From: a virus
Taxonomy: Duplodnaviria; Caudoviricetes
Direction: 5' to 3' (one strand)
IMG/VR virus record: IMGVR_UViG_3300033121_001789
Location: 45,853-109,852 of that record
DNA: 64,000 nucleotides
The notes under the pieces are model-generated. The model was not told the origin of the DNA, ran no database searches, and saw only the letters and a program-made list of their open reading frames with translations. How positions within the stretch are numbered: the stretch's first letter is position 1; each line of letters begins with the position of its first letter. Below, one piece after another: positions 9,160 to 19,560 of the stretch. A program made the position numbers and the translations under genes.

Positions 9160-10197
9160 TCTAAAAATTAGATCTAGATCTGATACCGGTATATTTTCTA
9201 ATTCCTCAATAAGGTACATTAAATCTTCTCTATCTCCTAAATGTTCTGAAATGCCATCATGTTCAACTATACAGGTTTTACCATCCCACTTAATGCCTGT
9301 TAGATTGTAATAGCAATCCTGTCTTAGGATCCAAGAATAAATAAAAGATCTTTCCTCCAAAAGTCTCTCATGTGAAAGTTTTGCCTTCCATTTTTCCTCT
9401 CCTATCCAAACATTTATTGTTGATGATTCAGGTGAATCATATGATACCTTATATCTATCATAATCATATTTAATATGCGGATCTCTCATAATAGGAAGAG
9501 AATTCCAATCGACTTTAACCACCGCTTCACAAAGTTGTGATAAAAATAAAATATCTTGCTTTTCACAAAATTGATGTTCGTTAAAATAACCAACAGATAT
9601 ATTTGTACACTCTGGGATAACTTCCATAAATGATGCGGAATCTGTAAAAACTCCTGTGCTATCCGGACGATAGTCAAATGATAAATTAGCTTTATTCAAA
9701 GATTTTGATAATTCCTTAGCGAATTCATCTGAGCAGCAAGGACCATATAATTGTTCAGTTATAACCGAATTATAACCTCGTCTATCAAAAGAGACACACT
9801 TATTATACCCCATAAAAAATGGGGAATCCGCAACAGCAGAGGACCCAAGACCACCTACTTCTTCACCAAGGAAGAAATAATAAAGACCTGGTACTTTATT
9901 ATGAATCATATAAAGCATGATCGTTACACCAGCTTTATCATCAGCTCCTAATATTGTTTTACCATCTGTTTTAATGAAACGACTTCCAATATGGTGTTTA
10001 ACTTTCTCAAATTTAGTACAACAAGTATCTAAATGTGATGTAAATAATGTATCACTATCTCCAATTTTTAAATAGTAATTTCCAAAATCATCCTCTCTTA
10101 TCCCCTTAGGGAGTAAATCTTTGAGTTTATACTCAGTTTCATACGGATATGTATATTTTGTAAGTTGTAAGAATGTTTCTCGTATATTCATACACAA
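9151..10197 (-). CDS. M28/M20-clan zinc peptidase (paralog 1)
   Basis: SHLDT, GADDKAG, GEEVG, SFDRRG, NEH metal-ligand pattern. Confidence 0.85.
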   Translation of the reverse strand: MCMNIRETFLQLTKYTYPYETEYKLKDLLPKGIREDDFGNYYLKIGDSDTLFTSHLDTCCTKFEKVKHHIGSRFIKTDGKTILGADDKAGVTIMLYMIHNKVPGLYYFFLGEEVGGLGSSAVADSPFFMGYNKCVSFDRRGYNSVITEQLYGPCCSDEFAKELSKSLNKANLSFDYRPDSTGVFTDSASFMEVIPECTNISVGYFNEHQFCEKQDILFLSQLCEAVVKVDWNSLPIMRDPHIKYDYDRYKVSYDSPESSTINVWIGEEKWKAKLSHERLLEERSFIYSWILRQDCYYNLTGIKWDGKTCIVEHDGISEHLGDREDLMYLIEELENIPVSDLDLIFRLS

Positions 10198-10202
10198 ATA
10201 TA
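10195..10202 (-). promoter_or_regulatory. Bacteroidota sigma70-type -7 element TATATTTG
   Basis: Matches TAnnTTTG just upstream of the peptidase ATG; same element at 24187-24194 and 30099-30106. Confidence 0.6.
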
Positions 10203-10208
10203 CGAAAT

Positions 10209-10751
10209 TTAATTAATATTTCCTAATAAATTGTCTAATTTAAAATCCCTAATATATTGTGTTTTAAGAGATTCTAAGTCGGTTTCCCAACCATCTACTA
10301 ATGACTTAATCATATAATTTTTATTGGATAAAAAGTTACCATCAGTAATAATAGTATCAAATTGATATATTGTATCGAATCTACAAGTAGCATCAAATAC
10401 TCTACCCTTTTTTAAAAATCCATCTCTTTTCTCACGAATAAAATAATCATGAGTATCTTCAATAATAAATATTATATCAATATTTGGCACAATTTTTCTA
10501 ATTTCCCTTAAATACCATTTAACGTCGTATGGGTAGATAATTGCGATAATGTCAATATTATAAAGATGATCTTTTATTTCATCCAACACCTTATTAATTT
10601 GAATGTTTTTTGTAACTCCGATATCTTTTCCGATACCAAGTATATTCTTGCCTAAAAGTTCTTGAAAATCAAGAACTCTTTTTATGCCGTATATAGAAGA
10701 GGCATCAGTTTTTACAAAAAGATTATTAGATTTGAGTTTTATCACAAACAA
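10209..10751 (-). CDS. hypothetical protein with C-terminal RDxKL motif
   Basis: ends IRDFKLDNLLGNIN. Confidence 0.65.
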   Translation of the reverse strand: MFVIKLKSNNLFVKTDASSIYGIKRVLDFQELLGKNILGIGKDIGVTKNIQINKVLDEIKDHLYNIDIIAIIYPYDVKWYLREIRKIVPNIDIIFIIEDTHDYFIREKRDGFLKKGRVFDATCRFDTIYQFDTIITDGNFLSNKNYMIKSLVDGWETDLESLKTQYIRDFKLDNLLGNIN

Positions 10752-10790
10752 AAGTTTATTATATAAATATAATTAAAAAAAAATTATAAG

Positions 10791-11555
10791 TTGTCAAGTT
10801 CATACATATTTAGTTTCATAATAGCCTATCGACATAAATCAGATAGAATCACAAATCTTAAAAGAGTAATTGATTGGGTACTTGGTTTCAACGGTGTTGA
10901 ATTAATAATTGTTGAGCAAGACTCTTCACCAAAACTTCCCCCATTTTCACTTAGAGGATTTAAATATATTTTCACTAAATCAAATTTGCCATTTAATAAA
11001 TCTTGGGCATTTAATGTAGGAACTAAACATGCAACAACAAATGCTATCATATTCGGAGATTCTGATTTAATAATGGATCCGAATGAATTTATTGGTTGCT
11101 TAAAATTACTCGAAAATTATGAATCTGTCAATCCTTATAGTAAGGTAATTGATTTATTAGTTCAGGAAAATGGACTCACAATAGATCAACTAAAATCTAT
11201 AAATAGACCAGGAAGGGGAGAAACAGACATACAAAAAACCCCAATAGCAGGAGGTATAATCATGTTTAGAAAAGATGCCTTAATAAAAATTGGCGGATGG
11301 TCTGAAGACTTTATTGGTTGGGGAGGAGAAGATAATTACCAATCACACAAAATAAAACAACTATTAAATTGGACTGAGATGCCAAACAGATGTTACCATT
11401 TATATCATGAAAAAGTTAGACCTGATAATCTGTTTTATCAAAGGAATTTACAACTACTAAACAAACTAATTAATTTCCCAATAGAGGAGACAAAAAAGTA
11501 TATTAATTCATCAGCTCCAAAAAATGGAATGAAGAATAAATATCACGATAAATAA
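10791..11555 (+). CDS. GT-A fold glycosyltransferase (GT2/GT7-like)
   Basis: IIVEQ, FNKSWAFNVG, DSD, GGWSEDFIGWGGED, HLYH. Confidence 0.85.
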   Translation: MSSSYIFSFIIAYRHKSDRITNLKRVIDWVLGFNGVELIIVEQDSSPKLPPFSLRGFKYIFTKSNLPFNKSWAFNVGTKHATTNAIIFGDSDLIMDPNEFIGCLKLLENYESVNPYSKVIDLLVQENGLTIDQLKSINRPGRGETDIQKTPIAGGIIMFRKDALIKIGGWSEDFIGWGGEDNYQSHKIKQLLNWTEMPNRCYHLYHEKVRPDNLFYQRNLQLLNKLINFPIEETKKYINSSAPKNGMKNKYHDK

Positions 11556-12092
11556 TTAAACAGGAATTCTAACCTTATTATATTTTATCAATAATCGATA
11601 CATTTTCTCAAATTCGGATTCTGGATCAGTAATTTTTCTTTCTATCCACTTATTATTATTAAATGTCTCAACTATCATGCCCTCCTTAAAATCCTCTTTC
11701 TTTTTTGGGAAAAAATATAATTGTTTTTCAATAAATGAAAAGGATGTTCCCTCATAAATATATGATTTATTATCGAAATCAGTATTATAGAACAAAACCC
11801 CAAGTGGATGTTCTCCACCATTTCCGTATATCCTCTTAGGAGACGATTCTTCAGAATATTTAATAATAAGAGATTCTTGTCCAAAATTTTCTATTAGATG
11901 CATAGCATCTTTTCGTATTTCATCATTAGATAATTTTGTAAATGCAATAAAGGAATTTTCAAAAACCCCCTTGTGAAAAGATTTCATATCAATTAAGTAA
12001 TAATCTCTAGAATATAAATATGATGTAATTCCAGAAATATTATCTGAAGAAGATATAATGTAAGATAGTTTCGGATCTTTTAAATTTAACAT
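11556..12092 (-). CDS. hypothetical protein
   Basis: 178-aa ORF preceded by TAATATATA. Confidence 0.7.
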   Translation of the reverse strand: MLNLKDPKLSYIISSSDNISGITSYLYSRDYYLIDMKSFHKGVFENSFIAFTKLSNDEIRKDAMHLIENFGQESLIIKYSEESSPKRIYGNGGEHPLGVLFYNTDFDNKSYIYEGTSFSFIEKQLYFFPKKKEDFKEGMIVETFNNNKWIERKITDPESEFEKMYRLLIKYNKVRIPV

Positions 12093-12144
12093 TTGTTTAT
12101 ATATTAAAATTGATTATTTCAATAAAATATTTAATATATAAGAA

Positions 12145-15100
12145 ATGAAAAACCTCAGACTATTTGAAGAAATGGATACGGAAATAGGGGCAGAAAAGCC
12201 AAAACAAAAAAATTCCGAGAAAACAAAGACTCCAATTTTAGATGCTATTGGAAAAGATTTAACAAAATTAGCGGCTGAAGAAAAATTAGAGCCAGTACAA
12301 GGGAGAGAAGAAGAGATTCAAGAAGTACTTCTAATATTAGGTAGGAAAACAAAAAATAATCCAGTTATAATTGGTGAGCCAGGAGTTGGTAAAACTGCCA
12401 TAGTTGAGGGAATTGCTCAAATGATAGCTAGCAAAAAGTGTCCTCGTGCAATTCAAGGCAAAAGGATTATATACGTTGATATGGGATCTTTAATTGCTGG
12501 AGCTTCTAAACAAGGTGAATTTGAAATGCGTATTAAATCGCTGTTAGAGGAATTAGAAAAAAATAAAGATATACTATTATTTATAGATGAAATTCATATG
12601 ATGGTCAATCCAAATATGTCAATTGATGCTGCAAACATGTTTAAACCAGCTTTGGCTCGTGGTGATATGAGATTGATTGGAGCTACAACTCTAAATGAAT
12701 TTAGAAATTCAATTGAGAAAGATGGTGCACTTGACAGGAGATTTCAAAAAGTTATTATTGAAGAACCAACAAATGAACAAACATTAGCAATTTTAAATCG
12801 AATTAAAAGTAGATATGAAGACTATCATTTAGTTAAATATACTGATGACGCAATACTAGCATGTGTTAAATTAAGTGGGAAATACATAACTGATAGATTT
12901 TTTCCAGATAAGGCTATCGATTTAATGGATGAGGTTGGATCTAAAGCTAGATTATTAGCTCCGGACAATGAGCCTGAGGAAATAGTTAAGTTGGCAAAAA
13001 AAGTTGACGAATTAAAAGCTGAGATCATGGTAAAGACAAAGGCTCAGGATTACCAAAAAGCTGTAGAATTAAGACAAGTTGAAAAAAGACTATCTGAAGA
13101 ATTAGCAGATAAAAGAAGTAAATTAGATATACCAAAGGTCGAAGTAAATAAAAATGATGTTGCCAAAATAATATCTAAAAAAATAGGAGTACCAGCTGAG
13201 AAAATAACATCTGATGAAGGAGAAAAACTTCTAAAAATGGAAGATGATTTAAAATTACAAATAATAGGACAAGATGAAGCGGTTTCCAAAATATCTAAAT
13301 GCATTCGTAGAAGTCGAGCTGGACTAAGAGACCCAAAAAAACCAGCAGTATTTTTATTCTTAGGATCAACAGGGACAGGTAAATGTCATGGAAGAGGGAC
13401 AAAAATACTAATGTATGATGGATCTATTAAAAATGTTGAAGATATTAAAGTAGGAGATCAATTAATGGGTGACGATTCTAAACCTAGAAATGTTCTTTCA
13501 TTAGCCACAGGCAAAGACAATATTTACAAGATAAAATATAAATCTGGTAGCTTTACTTGCAATTCTGAACATATTTTATCACTAAAAGAAACTGGAAAAT
13601 ATAACATAATCAATATACCATTAAATGAATATTTGAAAAAAAATAAAACATTTAAACACACACACAAATTATGGAGCACTAAAGTTGAATTTGAAGAATC
13701 AAAAATAACAATTGATCCTTATATGATCGGACTTTGGCTAGGAGATGGTGATAAAAATAGAGTTTCTATAACAACTGCTGATTCTGAGATAGTGAACTAT
13801 TTGGAAAATACAGCTAAAAATTATAACCTAAAAGTTTATAAAAACAATTTGAAAAATAACAAGAGTGATGTATATTGTCTAACTGGAGAAAACTGGACAA
13901 ACAATAAAAATGAATTACTAAATGAATTTAGGAATTATGGACTAATAGACAAAAATAAAAATTATACCAAATTCATACCCGATATTTATCTACATAATTC
14001 AATAGAAAATAGGAAAAAATTGTTATCTGGACTAATTGATAGTGATGGATATATTTCCAACAATTGTTATCTAATAACCACAAAATATAGTGAACTAGCT
14101 GATCAAATAGTTTATCTATGCAAATCTCTTGGATATATGGCAACAAAGTCAAAAAAAGATGTTAAGAAATATCCAAAAAATACTTATTATAATATAAACA
14201 TATCTGGAGATTTTGATTTAAATTCTTATATTCTTTTAGATAGGAAAAAACACAAATCAAGAAATCAAAAAAAGAATGTTAATTTATTCTCCTTTGATGT
14301 AGAACATATCGGATATGATGACTACTTTGGATTTGAATTAGATGGCAATCATCTATATTTGTTGCAAGATTTTGTTGTAACACATAATACACATACCGTA
14401 AAAACATTAGCTAAATATTTATTTGGATCTGAAGATGCGATGATAAGATTTGATATGAGTGAGTATGGAGAGAAACATAATGTTTCGAGATTAATTGGCT
14501 CCCCTCCAGGATATGTAGGATATGGTGAAGGAGGACAACTAACCGAGAAAGTTAGAAGAAAGCCATATTGTATAATATTATTAGATGAGTTAGAAAAAGC
14601 TCACCCAGAAGTATTAAATGTATTACTACAAGTTTTTGATGATGGACAATTAACTGATGGACAAGGAAGAAAAGTTAATTTCAAAAATACTATTATAATA
14701 ATGACATCCAATATAGGAAGTTCGGCAGTCAAAGATATGAGAATGCCAATGGGGTTCAATGCATCGAAAATTTCTAGAAACGATAATATGAAAGATCTAA
14801 TCAAAAAAGAATTAAAGAAAAAATTAGCTCCAGAATTTATTAATAGAATCGATGATATAATTATATTCTCACAATTACCTAAAGAAAGTATATACAAAAT
14901 TATTGATATTGAAATAAATAAATTATCAAAAAGAGTTGAAGAAATGGGTTATCATATCAGTATAACTGACAATGTTAGAAAATTAATAATGGATAATGGT
15001 TATGATGAGGAAATGGGGGCTAGACCGCTTAAAAGAGCTATTGAAACACTAATAGAAGATCCTATATCTGAAGAAATTTTAAGAGGTGCTATAAAAGATG

Positions 15101-15231
15101 CCATAAATGTTGACTACGATCCACAAACTAAAAATTTAAGTATTAATGGGAATGTTATTAAAGAATCTTTAAAATTTATAAAGAAATTCAGAATGATAAT
15201 TGAGAAAAAATTTCAGAAATTTAAATACTAA
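12145..15231 (+). CDS. ClpC/ClpE-like Hsp100 AAA+ ATPase lacking the N-domain, intein-containing
   Basis: NBD1 GEPGVGKT/LFIDEIH/ALDRRFQ, UVR-like M-domain, NBD2 GSTGTGK[intein]T, SRLIGSPPGYVGY, LDELEK, PMGF loop, GARPL. Confidence 0.93.
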   Translation: MKNLRLFEEMDTEIGAEKPKQKNSEKTKTPILDAIGKDLTKLAAEEKLEPVQGREEEIQEVLLILGRKTKNNPVIIGEPGVGKTAIVEGIAQMIASKKCPRAIQGKRIIYVDMGSLIAGASKQGEFEMRIKSLLEELEKNKDILLFIDEIHMMVNPNMSIDAANMFKPALARGDMRLIGATTLNEFRNSIEKDGALDRRFQKVIIEEPTNEQTLAILNRIKSRYEDYHLVKYTDDAILACVKLSGKYITDRFFPDKAIDLMDEVGSKARLLAPDNEPEEIVKLAKKVDELKAEIMVKTKAQDYQKAVELRQVEKRLSEELADKRSKLDIPKVEVNKNDVAKIISKKIGVPAEKITSDEGEKLLKMEDDLKLQIIGQDEAVSKISKCIRRSRAGLRDPKKPAVFLFLGSTGTGKCHGRGTKILMYDGSIKNVEDIKVGDQLMGDDSKPRNVLSLATGKDNIYKIKYKSGSFTCNSEHILSLKETGKYNIINIPLNEYLKKNKTFKHTHKLWSTKVEFEESKITIDPYMIGLWLGDGDKNRVSITTADSEIVNYLENTAKNYNLKVYKNNLKNNKSDVYCLTGENWTNNKNELLNEFRNYGLIDKNKNYTKFIPDIYLHNSIENRKKLLSGLIDSDGYISNNCYLITTKYSELADQIVYLCKSLGYMATKSKKDVKKYPKNTYYNINISGDFDLNSYILLDRKKHKSRNQKKNVNLFSFDVEHIGYDDYFGFELDGNHLYLLQDFVVTHNTHTVKTLAKYLFGSEDAMIRFDMSEYGEKHNVSRLIGSPPGYVGYGEGGQLTEKVRRKPYCIILLDELEKAHPEVLNVLLQVFDDGQLTDGQGRKVNFKNTIIIMTSNIGSSAVKDMRMPMGFNASKISRNDNMKDLIKKELKKKLAPEFINRIDDIIIFSQLPKESIYKIIDIEINKLSKRVEEMGYHISITDNVRKLIMDNGYDEEMGARPLKRAIETLIEDPISEEILRGAIKDAINVDYDPQTKNLSINGNVIKESLKFIKKFRMIIEKKFQKFKY
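13384..14388 (+). mobile_element. intein (335 aa) with LAGLIDADG homing endonuclease inserted in Walker A of NBD2
   Basis: GK|CHGRGTKILMYDG ... IGLWLGDG ... LSGLIDSDG ... VVTHN|T. Confidence 0.95.
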
Positions 15232-16423
15232 AATATTCGGATATTTTTGATTGAAAAATATCATTAACAAAATCCTTCCATTGTTTTGAAACAATTATCG
15301 AGTCATGTACTGTTATAATCTTAATTTCTGGATTAATTAACATAATTGTTTTAACGACATCATTAAATATTAAATTAGATTCCATTTTCTGTAATTCATA
15401 AGCCAATGTCCTATAATCACCCTTCTCTTTCTTAAAGCTTTTAATAAAATCATAAATGCTTGGAAAAATCCTATGAAAATATTTATCCCATTTTGAATTT
15501 TTATGATTTTTCCCAAAAAAGACCTTATATGTTAGTTCTTTTGCCTGTGATTTATCTTTTAGTTTTAAATTATCCATTAGAAATTGATAATAATTGCCAT
15601 TCTGAACTAAAATTGAAAATAAATTAAATTCAGATTGATCAATTGGATAATTTAAATCTTGTATTAATTTTGATAAAAATAATGGTTGACTATTTGGTAT
15701 ATCAATTTCACAAGTTTCCGTACCCTCGATTAAAAGACAGTTTTTTCGTATAAATGATTTTAAAATTGTGAAATTAGAATGCATTCTACCATAAGTATCA
15801 AAATGATGAAATATGTAACCCTCATTAATTGAGTCCACCGAATATCTATTCCGAGTATAAATTGAATCTCCTTTTAGGGTATCTAAATAAAATATTGTTT
15901 TATCATATTGTATCTTAACAGAATATAGATCAGAAACAAGTTTTTCCCTAACCATAATATCAATAAGATTATTTTCAATTTGATACTTATTGTAAATTTT
16001 TTTAATAAGAATTTTATCAAAATTCTTATATCGTATTATCTCATTTGAAATAATATCTTTATTCAAAATATAAGTTCTCGATATTTTTCCCTTTAAATAG
16101 TTTTTCTTCAACACAATAACTCCATTATCCACTAAATATTGTATATAATAGTTGTATTGATGACCATATTTATCTTTCAATACTGTTGAATTTAACACAA
16201 ATAAATTATCTTTTTTAAAGTAGTACTTCAATATTAAATTATGTACTATATCAATGATATAGTCACTTTTTAGGGAGATTTCCTTATATGTGATTTTCTT
16301 TTTATTCGATAAGTAAGATAGAGAAGAGGGCAAAAATTGTAAGGAATACGAGATTCGTCGATTCTCCTTATTTTTTTTTAAAGTCGATTGTAGCATTAAA
16401 TTTTGAGGTAAAGTTTCTATCAT
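15221..16423 (-). CDS. small PolA/T7-RNAP-superfamily polymerase-like protein
   Basis: GRMHS, EIDIPNSQP (motif A), AKELTYKVFFG (motif B), LQKMES, TVHDSI (motif C). Confidence 0.6.
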   Translation of the reverse strand: MIETLPQNLMLQSTLKKNKENRRISYSLQFLPSSLSYLSNKKKITYKEISLKSDYIIDIVHNLILKYYFKKDNLFVLNSTVLKDKYGHQYNYYIQYLVDNGVIVLKKNYLKGKISRTYILNKDIISNEIIRYKNFDKILIKKIYNKYQIENNLIDIMVREKLVSDLYSVKIQYDKTIFYLDTLKGDSIYTRNRYSVDSINEGYIFHHFDTYGRMHSNFTILKSFIRKNCLLIEGTETCEIDIPNSQPLFLSKLIQDLNYPIDQSEFNLFSILVQNGNYYQFLMDNLKLKDKSQAKELTYKVFFGKNHKNSKWDKYFHRIFPSIYDFIKSFKKEKGDYRTLAYELQKMESNLIFNDVVKTIMLINPEIKIITVHDSIIVSKQWKDFVNDIFQSKISEYFSI

Positions 16424-16468
16424 ATCTATTATAGAAAAAAATAGACTTTCGGGTGAGATGGATTAAAT

Positions 16469-16497
16469 AAAAAAGTCCGAAAATTTCGGACTTTATT
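16469..16497. terminator. intrinsic terminator hairpin
   Basis: AAAGTCCGAA-AAT-TTCGGACTTT with flanking A/T runs. Confidence 0.75.
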
Positions 16498-16521
16498 TTA
16501 TTTCTTAATCTTTTATATTTC

Positions 16522-16833
16522 TTAATCTTTTATTAACTTATTCAACTTTCTATGACGTAAATAAGCCTGATGTATTTCATTAAACTCACTAAGAGAATCT
16601 GGATATATGATTTCACCTTCCTTTCTGTAATAAATTCTATGTTTATGAATATAAACGCCTTTTGTTGAATCTGATTTTACTCTTCGAAAGTAATACCTTT
16701 TTTTGAATATTACCAACTTTCTTATTTTATCATATCGACTTAAAAAAGAAAAAATTTCATAAATTCTAGAATCATATTTGGTTTGCGCATAAACTGGTTG
16801 ACGAAGTTGTGAGAAAGGTTTAATGTCTTCCAC
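16522..16833 (-). CDS. hypothetical protein with C-terminal RxxKL motif
   Basis: ends LRHRKLNKLIKD. Confidence 0.6.
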   Translation of the reverse strand: MEDIKPFSQLRQPVYAQTKYDSRIYEIFSFLSRYDKIRKLVIFKKRYYFRRVKSDSTKGVYIHKHRIYYRKEGEIIYPDSLSEFNEIHQAYLRHRKLNKLIKD

Positions 16834-16834
16834 T

Positions 16835-17122
16835 TTATGATAAAGTTCTTTTTAAAGCTTTACTTGTACTAGACCAGAAATCATTCCAGAAGTCATTTAT
16901 TTGACCATCAAAGTCGTATAAACCAAGAGATTCTAATTGTGCCCACACCAAAGAGAATAACAACTTAATCATTTTCTTTTTCTCTTGTTCAGAAGATGAA
17001 GATATAAATTCCTTATAAAAAATGTGGTCTGAATTAAGTCTAATTATAAGTTTAGTATTTTGTCGTGTTATATCCCAAAACTCACCTGTTTCTCCCCCAT
17101 TATAGAGATTTATATCTAACAA
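16835..17122 (-). CDS. hypothetical protein
   Basis: 95-aa ORF containing IRLNSDHIFY. Confidence 0.55.
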   Translation of the reverse strand: MLDINLYNGGETGEFWDITRQNTKLIIRLNSDHIFYKEFISSSSEQEKKKMIKLLFSLVWAQLESLGLYDFDGQINDFWNDFWSSTSKALKRTLS

Positions 17123-17201
17123 ATTTTTATCGTAGTGTAAATTATCTCTTTTTAAAAATTTTTGTTTTAGGGACTAATAATATACTAATATATACAAGTA
17201 T

Positions 17202-17351
17202 ATGAAAGCTAAAGAAGTGATGGAAAAGTATGACATAAGTAGAAACACTCTATCAACATGGGTTAAAAAAGGTTGGATTCAAGTAGAAATTCTCCCATCT
17301 GGAAGATATAGATATAAAATAATTGAAAGAAAAAATGTTCAAAGCAAGTAA
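17202..17351 (+). CDS. 49-aa MerR/IS607-TnpA-like HTH protein
   Basis: Manual translation MKAKEVMEKYDISRNTLSTWVKKGWIQVEILPSGRYRYK... Confidence 0.7.
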   Translation: MKAKEVMEKYDISRNTLSTWVKKGWIQVEILPSGRYRYKIIERKNVQSK

Positions 17352-18249
17352 AGAAAAGTTATTAAATAATTTTATTGAGAAATGTATGAAAATACACGGA
17401 GATAAATATGACTACTCTTTGGTCAAATATACAAATAACAAAACAAAGGTTAAAATTATTTGTAAAGAACATGGAATTTTTGAACAAAGACCAGATTGTC
17501 ATACACATCAAGGATGTCCTCGTTGTAGCGGGAATGTGAAAATAACAAATAATGAATTCATTTTAAGAGCTAATCAAAAACACCAAATCAAATACGACTA
17601 TTCACTAACAAACTATAAAAATAATAGCACAAAAGTGAAAATAATCTGCCAACAACATGGAATATTTGAACAAAGTCCGAAAGACCATATTAGAGGAATA
17701 GGATGTTGGAAATGTAAGAAGAATTATCCACTAACACAATATGATTTTCTGAGTAAAGCAAAAGAAATACATGGTGATAATTATGATTATTCTAAAAGTG
17801 AATACATATCAGCACTGACTAAATTAACAATAATTTGCAAAAGACATGGTGAGTTTAAACAAACTCCAAATAAACACTTAACACTAGAACAAGGATGTCC
17901 AAGGTGTAAAAAGAGTAAAAAAATGAATGAAATATGCCTAATTTTAGAAAAAAATAATATTTATTATGAAAATGAAAAAACAATTAAAGGATGTGTTTCG
18001 AAAAATAACAAACTATTATATTTCGACATTTTTATAGAAAGTAAGAATTTAGCAATAGAATACGATGGTGAGCAACATTTTAGACCGGTAGAAAACTGGG
18101 GAGGTGAAAAATCACTCAAAGAGGTAAAAGAGAGAGATGCGATAAAAAATCAATTCTGTAAAAATAATAATATAGAATTAATTAGAATATCTTATAGTGA
18201 AAAGATTGAAGAAAGAATGAAAGAAATTATTTCTCAATATCTTTCTTGA
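17323..18249 (+). mobile_element. putative homing endonuclease: three Zn-ribbon repeats + C-terminal PD-(D/E)xK/Vsr-like domain
   Basis: 3x (HGDKYDYS..Y....KVKIIC..HG.F.Q...H..G.GC..C); FDIFI...AIEYDGEQHF...D..KN..C. Confidence 0.85.
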
Positions 18250-19531
18250 TACCCTTTTTGCTCTTTTTTTCTGAACTCATTTTTTGAAATTCATCATAAA
18301 AATCCATCGGATAAACATCACCAGCAGCGTCTGTATCATACTGAATATCAAAGAAGTCTCCAAAGTCCAATAGTCCTGCTTGTGTTACCTGAACTTCTCT
18401 AATTTTATTCAAATAATTATCAATTAAAATTGATATTTTATCAACAAAATGATTAAAAAGAACTATTGTATTTTCAGTAAAAATACCGATTGGTTTCTTT
18501 CTTTTTTTATTAAAAGATCCTAAAATGACCTTAAAACAATATTCTAATTTTTCAGACTCCTCAATTATCTCAAGTGTTAATTTATTATCTATTAACTCTC
18601 GATTTATTTTAAATTTTTCCTTATCAAAAAACTCAGGAACGGCAAAGTCAAAATTTAGAATGTCCTCCTTAACATCAGAAACATACATATTAAATAACTT
18701 TTCTATTAAATAAATATAGATAGAATCCCTCTTATCTCCTTTTAGCTTAATATCATCTAAACTTATAGATTGGCAAAATGTTAAAAAATTTAATAATATT
18801 AAAGTATATACATCAGTGAAATCAGTGGAGTTTTCAGAACTAATTCTTTGATATAGTGGATTTAAAATCTCAAAAGAAATATCCTTATCTTTAACTCTGA
18901 TAATAATCTTCTCCAAGTTTTCCTGAAATGAATCTTTCATTAAGAATGATGATTCAGACTGTGGATTTAATATTTTATAGAAGAAAAATGAAAATGATTG
19001 CTCACCAAATACATATTCTAAATCCTTCTCAGAAGTATTTAAAAAATATTGAATCGCCTCTTTCATTGTATCAGATAATTTACCTTCAAATATTATTGGG
19101 AGTGAGTCAACATTAAATAATCTAGCATATTCAATTAGTTCATCAGTAGTAAATTCATATTTACCGTTTTTATTTATTGATGTAAGAACTAATCCATTTT
19201 TTGGCATTCTTTGATATTGAATGTTAGCTGGAGTCTCATCTGGAAAATATTCAAATAAAAAACTCCAATTTTTAGGCATCAATCCCTTTACTCTTAAATC
19301 AAATGTATTAAAATAATTTATTGCAGGATTATAGTAGTTCTGCATAGCCAAATCTATCAAATTAATAGGATCATTATTTAAACTCTTAGGTATAATTTTA
19401 AATTCTTTTCCATTCCAATTAACCCAAATTTTTGATCCTTGAATATCCTCAAACACAATAATATCATTATCAAAAATATCTGATAAGATATTTGTATCCT
19501 CAACTCCGTTCAATGTGACAATTTTAGCCAT
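18227..19531 (-). CDS. RNA ligase (Rnl2)-like fold protein, motif I lysine absent
   Basis: FEDIQGSKI in place of EKxDGxN, LFEYF, LPIIFEG, LEKIIIR. Confidence 0.5.
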   Translation of the reverse strand: MAKIVTLNGVEDTNILSDIFDNDIIVFEDIQGSKIWVNWNGKEFKIIPKSLNNDPINLIDLAMQNYYNPAINYFNTFDLRVKGLMPKNWSFLFEYFPDETPANIQYQRMPKNGLVLTSINKNGKYEFTTDELIEYARLFNVDSLPIIFEGKLSDTMKEAIQYFLNTSEKDLEYVFGEQSFSFFFYKILNPQSESSFLMKDSFQENLEKIIIRVKDKDISFEILNPLYQRISSENSTDFTDVYTLILLNFLTFCQSISLDDIKLKGDKRDSIYIYLIEKLFNMYVSDVKEDILNFDFAVPEFFDKEKFKINRELIDNKLTLEIIEESEKLEYCFKVILGSFNKKRKKPIGIFTENTIVLFNHFVDKISILIDNYLNKIREVQVTQAGLLDFGDFFDIQYDTDAAGDVYPMDFYDEFQKMSSEKKSKKGIKKDIEK

Positions 19532-19560
19532 ATAATTATAATCTGTTTTAATAATTTGTT

